From contig DATMZX010000331.1 in the NCBI GenBank assembly GCA_035573235.1, positions 1 through 39,191 on the forward strand: a DNA stretch of 39,191 nucleotides, read 5' to 3'. Source of the stretch: Gemmatimonadales bacterium (GTDB lineage: Bacteria > Gemmatimonadota > Gemmatimonadetes > Gemmatimonadales > GWC2-71-9). This document shows, piece after piece, positions 35,167-39,191 of this stretch. How positions within the stretch are numbered: the stretch's first letter is position 1; each line of letters begins with the position of its first letter. A program made the position numbers and the translations under genes. The notes under the pieces were generated by a model. The model did not search any database, was not told where the DNA came from, and was given only the letters and a program-made list of their open reading frames with translations.

Positions 35167-35880
35167 CTAAGATTGATATTGGGAGACGAAGGAGATCAGG
35201 TCCGCATGCCATTGCACCTGCGCCAGGTTCCCGAGGCTTTCCGCAAAGGATTTCGCTGCCCCCGAATCACTGACGGCATCCTCCGCATCCAGCACGAATA
35301 GCAGGGGGCGCTCGATGCGCCGGCGGTCCGCGAGCACCGCGCGCTGCGCCCAGAGCAGCTCCGCGCGCGCACCGGCCGTCATATAGCCCCGGCCGCGTCC
35401 CGTCGGCATCGTGGGCCAGAGGTCGGCGAGTTTGGCCGCAAATAGCTTCCAGGCGGGGGCAGGCACGCGCGGCGCGAGCCAGGGATTCGAGATCACCGCC
35501 GCGACCGGCGGCTCCCCAGGCTGCGTCTCGAGATACCGCAACACGACCAGTCCACCGAACCCCTGTCCGACGAGCACCTGAGGAACGTCCAAACGGCGGC
35601 GGACCGCGCGCCGGAACGCCTGGAGGTCGCCGAGCAGCTGGCTGAACCGCGACAGATGCCCACGCTGGCCGCCGGACCGCCCGTGGCCGCGTTGATCGAG
35701 AACGTAGGCGGCGAACCCGGCGTCCTTCAGCCTGGCCCCGCCCTCCGCCCACGGCTCCCGGCCCGAGGACCGTTGCGGCTGCCAATCGCTCAACACGAGC
35801 ACGGCCAGGCGGCCGGCGGACGCTGGCTCGTAGGCGTCGTAGACCAGTGGGGTCCCGTCGGGCGCGTTGACGCGATTCAT
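35167..35880 (-). CDS. alpha/beta-hydrolase-fold protein (lysophospholipase-like) lacking the canonical nucleophile serine
   Basis: 237 aa. The oxyanion region is DQRGHGRSGG. The nucleophile elbow reads VLVGQGFGG instead of G-H-S-x-G-G. The start overlaps the cinA stop (ATGA). Confidence 0.7.
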   Translation of the reverse strand: MNRVNAPDGTPLVYDAYEPASAGRLAVLVLSDWQPQRSSGREPWAEGGARLKDAGFAAYVLDQRGHGRSGGQRGHLSRFSQLLGDLQAFRRAVRRRLDVPQVLVGQGFGGLVVLRYLETQPGEPPVAAVISNPWLAPRVPAPAWKLFAAKLADLWPTMPTGRGRGYMTAGARAELLWAQRAVLADRRRIERPLLFVLDAEDAVSDSGAAKSFAESLGNLAQVQWHADLISFVSQYQS

Positions 35881-37124
35881 CGTTCGGTGTGGGCGATCAG
35901 GCGACGCAGCAAGTCGAGCGCTCCCTGCGCCGCGCGCGCCCGAATCTCACCGCGATCGCCCGGAAAGATTCGCTGCAGCGCGCGCCCTGCGGTGCCCAGT
36001 CGCGCCGCCATCCAGACGGTGCCGACCGGCTTTTCCACTGTTCCCCCGCCCGGCCCCGCGATCCCGGTGATGGCGAGCGCCGCCTCTCCGGCAAACTGCC
36101 GCTGTACGCCCAGCGCCATCGCGCTGACGACTTCCTCCGAAACCGCGCCCTCGCGCGCGAGCAGCTCCGGCGCGACGTCGAGCATGCCGCTCTTCACGGC
36201 GTTGTCATAGGCCACGACGCCGCCGATAAAGACATCCGATGCGCCCGGCACGGCCGTGATGCGGCTGCCGAGCAGGCCGCCCGTGCAGGACTCGGCAATC
36301 ACCAATCGAGCCCGGCGCGCCCGCAAGTGGTCGATCACGACCGACGCGAGATCGGCGCCATCGCCGCCGTACACGTGATCGCCCGCGCGCTCACGCAGCG
36401 TCGCGGCCGCGCCCGTCAGCCGTCGTTCAGCCTCGTCTTCACGCAGTCCCCACGCCGTGACACGCAGATCCACGCCCTCCGTGCTCGGCAGGTACGCCAG
36501 CGTCAGCGGTGCGATGTCTTCCTCGATCGCGCCGACGCGCTCGGCAAGCGCCGACTCGGCGATCCCGGTCGTCCGCACGGTGCGCGAGCGCACGACCTGT
36601 CCGCCGCTGCGCTGCGCGATGCGCGGCAACACCTCCTCCGCCAGGAGGCCGCGCATTTCGGAAGGGACACCCGGGAGCATCACGACGACGCGGCCATGTG
36701 CATCTTCTACCCAGAGACCGGGCGCCGTGCCCCGAGGATTGGGAAGGACCGTGGCCCCCTCGGGAACCTCGGCCTGCGTGCGATTGACCGCGGGCATGGG
36801 GCGGCCCAGGCGCCGGAACCGCGCCTCGAGCGAGCGCAGCACGCCCTCGTCCAGCCTGAGTGGCTTTCCGAAGATGGCCGCGACCTCGAGCTTGGTCATG
36901 TCGTCGCGCGTCGGCCCCAAGCCGCCCGTCGTGATGACGAATCCGGTGCGCTGCAGTGATTCACTGACCGCCGCGCGAATGGCCTCGGGGCGATCGGCCA
37001 CCGAGAGATGACGCACGACCTCGGCGCCGGCGCCCGCGAGCGCGCGGCCCAGCTCGGCGGCGTTCGTATCGACGATCTGTCCCAGCAGCAGCTCGCTGCC
37101 GATCGTGATGACTTCGAGCTTCAC
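35877..37124 (-). CDS. cinA: CinA-family competence/damage-inducible protein (MoCF-binding domain plus PncC-type NMN amidohydrolase domain)
   Basis: The GTG at 37124 overlaps the pgsA stop (GTGA) and gives 415 aa. The N-terminus is KLEVITIGSELLLGQIVDTNAAELG followed by TGGLGPTRDD. The C-terminal CinA domain reads IAESCTGGLL ... AITGIAGPGGG. Confidence 0.85.
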   Translation of the reverse strand: MKLEVITIGSELLLGQIVDTNAAELGRALAGAGAEVVRHLSVADRPEAIRAAVSESLQRTGFVITTGGLGPTRDDMTKLEVAAIFGKPLRLDEGVLRSLEARFRRLGRPMPAVNRTQAEVPEGATVLPNPRGTAPGLWVEDAHGRVVVMLPGVPSEMRGLLAEEVLPRIAQRSGGQVVRSRTVRTTGIAESALAERVGAIEEDIAPLTLAYLPSTEGVDLRVTAWGLREDEAERRLTGAAATLRERAGDHVYGGDGADLASVVIDHLRARRARLVIAESCTGGLLGSRITAVPGASDVFIGGVVAYDNAVKSGMLDVAPELLAREGAVSEEVVSAMALGVQRQFAGEAALAITGIAGPGGGTVEKPVGTVWMAARLGTAGRALQRIFPGDRGEIRARAAQGALDLLRRLIAHTER

Positions 37125-37774
37125 CTGCTGACTTTGAGAATCGCCCGGTAGCGGTAGAGGTACACGAGCAGCGAGTACACGGTGAGGACGATCGCGCCGG
37201 CGAGGGTGACGGCGACGAACCACCCATGGAACTGATCCCAGAAGTTGCGGAACGTGCCGGCGAGCCGCAGCTCCGCGATGGCGTCCTTCCAGGCGAACCA
37301 GGCGATCGTCGCGCCGATGAAAATGTTCTGCACGACCGCCTTGAGTTTGCCCGCGCCCGCGGCGGGGATCACGATGCCGCGCTTCTTCGCGAAGAACCGG
37401 AAGATCGTGATGAGGACCTCCCGGCCCACGAGCAGGATGCCCACCCAGAGCGGGAAGCTGCCCCACCACGGGATCGCGTAGTCGACTTTGTCGGCCGCCA
37501 GAATCACCGGATGGCGCGTCATCCAGAAGATCGGGATCAGCGTGGCGAACAGCAGCAGCTTGTCGGCGATCGGATCGAGCAGAATGCCCAGCTCGCTCGT
37601 GGTGTTGTAGCGCCGCGCCAGATAGCCGTCGAGCAGATCGGAGAAGGCGGCGATCAGGAAAACGACGAAGGCGATGACCTTGGGCCAGTATCCGGAAATG
37701 AACGGCAGCAGCGCGATGACCGGCGTGAGGCAGATGCGCGCGAGCGTGATGATGTTCGGCATGGTCCAGCGCAT
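37121..37774 (-). CDS. pgsA: CDP-alcohol phosphatidyltransferase (PgsA-like)
   Basis: The signature D-x2-DG-x2-AR-x8-G-x3-D-x3-D is present in full (DLLDGYLARRYNTTSELGILLDPIADK). The protein has multiple TM spans and a PNIITLARI N-terminus. Confidence 0.85.
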   Translation of the reverse strand: MRWTMPNIITLARICLTPVIALLPFISGYWPKVIAFVVFLIAAFSDLLDGYLARRYNTTSELGILLDPIADKLLLFATLIPIFWMTRHPVILAADKVDYAIPWWGSFPLWVGILLVGREVLITIFRFFAKKRGIVIPAAGAGKLKAVVQNIFIGATIAWFAWKDAIAELRLAGTFRNFWDQFHGWFVAVTLAGAIVLTVYSLLVYLYRYRAILKVSR

Positions 37775-37785
37775 CGACCAGGCCT

Positions 37786-38460
37786 TCAGCTCAGCGTTTT
37801 GAGGACGAGCTTGCTCACCGCTTTCAGGGTGTCGAATACGCCGTCTCCGCGAACCGCGACCGCTTCATGGTATGGGGCGCGACCGACCCACTCCCCGCCG
37901 ACCTGCTCGATCAGATTCTCGCCCGGATGGGCGGGATCGGGTGTGACTTTCTGCCGCGCGGCATCCTCGATCGGCCATCCGGGGTTGAGCGAGGCCTGCA
38001 GATCCTTGATCGGCGCCGCGTTCGGCAGGTCCCGCTTGTTGTACTGAATCGTGAACGGAATCTTCGTCAGATCGTACCCGTACTCGGCCATGTTGTCGTA
38101 CAGATTCTGCATCGATTCCACGTTCGCTTCCATCCGCTCGATCTGACTGTCGGCGACGAACACGATCCCGTCCACGCCCTTCAAGATCAGCTTGCGGCTG
38201 GCATTGTAGTATACCTGACCGGGGACGGTGTAGAGGTGGAAACGCGTCTTGAAGCCGCGAATCGTGCCGAGGTCCACGGGGAGGAAGTCGAAGAAGAGCG
38301 TGCGCTCGGTCTCGGTCGCGAGCGAAATCATCTTGCCGCGGGTGTTGGGCGAGACCTTCCCGTACACGTGTTCCAGGTTGGTCGTTTTTCCGCCCAGGCC
38401 CGGCCCGTAATACACGAGCTTGCAGTTGATTTCGCGGGACGCGTAGTTGATCATCGACAT
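37786..38460 (-). CDS. mglA: Ras-like GTPase MglA, with an insertion of about 30 aa before G5
   Basis: Near-identical blocks to Myxococcus MglA as I recall it: [90 protein letters not shown] and GVFDTLKAV. Confidence 0.9.
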   Translation of the reverse strand: MSMINYASREINCKLVYYGPGLGGKTTNLEHVYGKVSPNTRGKMISLATETERTLFFDFLPVDLGTIRGFKTRFHLYTVPGQVYYNASRKLILKGVDGIVFVADSQIERMEANVESMQNLYDNMAEYGYDLTKIPFTIQYNKRDLPNAAPIKDLQASLNPGWPIEDAARQKVTPDPAHPGENLIEQVGGEWVGRAPYHEAVAVRGDGVFDTLKAVSKLVLKTLS

Positions 38461-38472
38461 GGGCGCGTCCCC

Positions 38473-38964
38473 TTAACCGAAGAGTTTGTCAATTTCGTCC
38501 TCTGCCCCTTCGAGCAGGCCCTTCTGCGGACCGCCGGCCTGGCCCGTTCCCACGCGATTGAACATCTCCTCGAAGACTTTGTTGAGCTCGGCGACGACAT
38601 TCTTGGCCTTGAGCTTGACGAGCCCCAGCGTGGCGCGCTGGTCGAACAGCACGACGAGAATCACGCGCTTCGCCACGTCGGCCAGATACATCGATTCGCG
38701 CTCGCCCTGATGGACCAGCGAGGCGAACTCGGCCTCGCCGATCATTTTCGCGAGCTGATCGTTGGCGCTGAAATCGGCCGCGGTGAGGGACGCGAACGCG
38801 GTGGGATCGAACTGCGGCGGCTCTCCGACCGTCGCTACCAGCTGGCCGTTACGATCGACGAGCAGCGCGCAGCGGGCGTTCGAGTCGCGCAGGAACGCCT
38901 GCAGATACGTCTGGATTTGCTTGAAGTCGTTCTCGTTGAAGGACCAGCTCGCGGCACCGGCCAA
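38473..38964 (-). CDS. mglB: Roadblock/LC7-domain protein MglB (MglA GAP)
   Basis: 163 aa, 12 nt upstream of mglA. The Roadblock pattern is present (ARCALLVDRNGQLVATVGE ... ILVVLFD) with an acidic C-terminal tail. Confidence 0.8.
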   Translation of the reverse strand: MAGAASWSFNENDFKQIQTYLQAFLRDSNARCALLVDRNGQLVATVGEPPQFDPTAFASLTAADFSANDQLAKMIGEAEFASLVHQGERESMYLADVAKRVILVVLFDQRATLGLVKLKAKNVVAELNKVFEEMFNRVGTGQAGGPQKGLLEGAEDEIDKLFG

Positions 38965-38981
38965 ATGCGCTCCCCTCGTCT

Positions 38982-39191
38982 TTAGTCGGTCTCGGACATC
39001 TCGCGCCGTGCCGCTAGCGCTTGGGCGATCGTCACTGCGTCGGCGTACTCCAGATCGCCGCCTACCGGCAATCCCCGCGCGATCCGCGTGATCCGGACAC
39101 CGCTCGGCCTGAGTACCTGCTGCAGATACGTGGCCGTGGCCTCACCCTCCATCGACGGATTCGTCGCCACGATCACTTCGCGAACTTCGGA
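38982..39191 (-). CDS. recR: recombination protein RecR, C-terminal part (5' end beyond the window)
   Basis: The frame is open to the window edge. The Toprim/C-terminal motif reads [19 protein letters not shown]...[16 protein letters not shown]. Confidence 0.8.
   Translation of the reverse strand, partial: SEVREVIVATNPSMEGEATATYLQQVLRPSGVRITRIARGLPVGGDLEYADAVTIAQALAARREMSETD

Overview
This is a 39.2-kb high-GC bacterial chromosomal segment that is densely coding, with about 45 CDS and one tRNA-Asn. I saw no rRNA, CRISPR array, transposase, integrase or phage structural genes. The gene content (MacB-type permease arrays, a Hanks kinase with TPR repeats, MglAB, BshB1, many secreted and outer-membrane proteins) resembles Gemmatimonadota or Acidobacteriota, but that assignment is inference only.

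Layout:
- 1-1249 (+): a creatininase-family fragment and a hypothetical protein.
- 1367-13813 (+): one long, translationally coupled unit. It encodes TolC, a MacA-like adaptor, a single MacB/LolD-type ATPase, six MacB/FtsX-type permeases that alternate strictly between two sequence classes (A/B x3), and a FadL-like outer-membrane barrel.
- 13817-16284 (-): DUF481 and DUF3943 envelope proteins.
- 16349-19316 (+): bshB1, a cysteine desulfurase and mnmA.
- 19405-28380 (mostly +): lipoproteins, a Tat-signal class-V aminotransferase, a cyclase-family protein on the minus strand, a holin-IV-like membrane protein, an M24 peptidase, a methyltransferase, a DSD1-type PLP enzyme, DUF2914 and DUF2780.
- 28370-39191 (-): an operon of an OmpA-like lipoprotein, a small membrane protein, DUF4112, lspA and a Ser/Thr kinase with TPR repeats; then tRNA-Asn, grpE-dnaJ and an outer-membrane barrel; then recR-mglB-mglA-pgsA-cinA and an alpha/beta-fold protein.

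Most interesting observations:
1. The efflux locus has one ATPase and six permeases built from a threefold 2.47-2.49 kb tandem unit.
2. A roughly 100-bp hyphenated palindrome lies in the intergenic region at 27881-27979. Its arms are tandem AGACGTCT octamers, which is the exact E. coli MetJ met-box consensus. The right arm abuts an AT-rich promoter-like stretch for a near-leaderless DUF2780 gene.
3. MglA carries an insert of about 30 aa.
4. An alpha/beta hydrolase lacks the nucleophile serine.
5. A DUF481 outer-membrane protein has its signal peptide upstream of any canonical start codon.

The many long antisense ORFs are high-GC shadow ORFs and were rejected.
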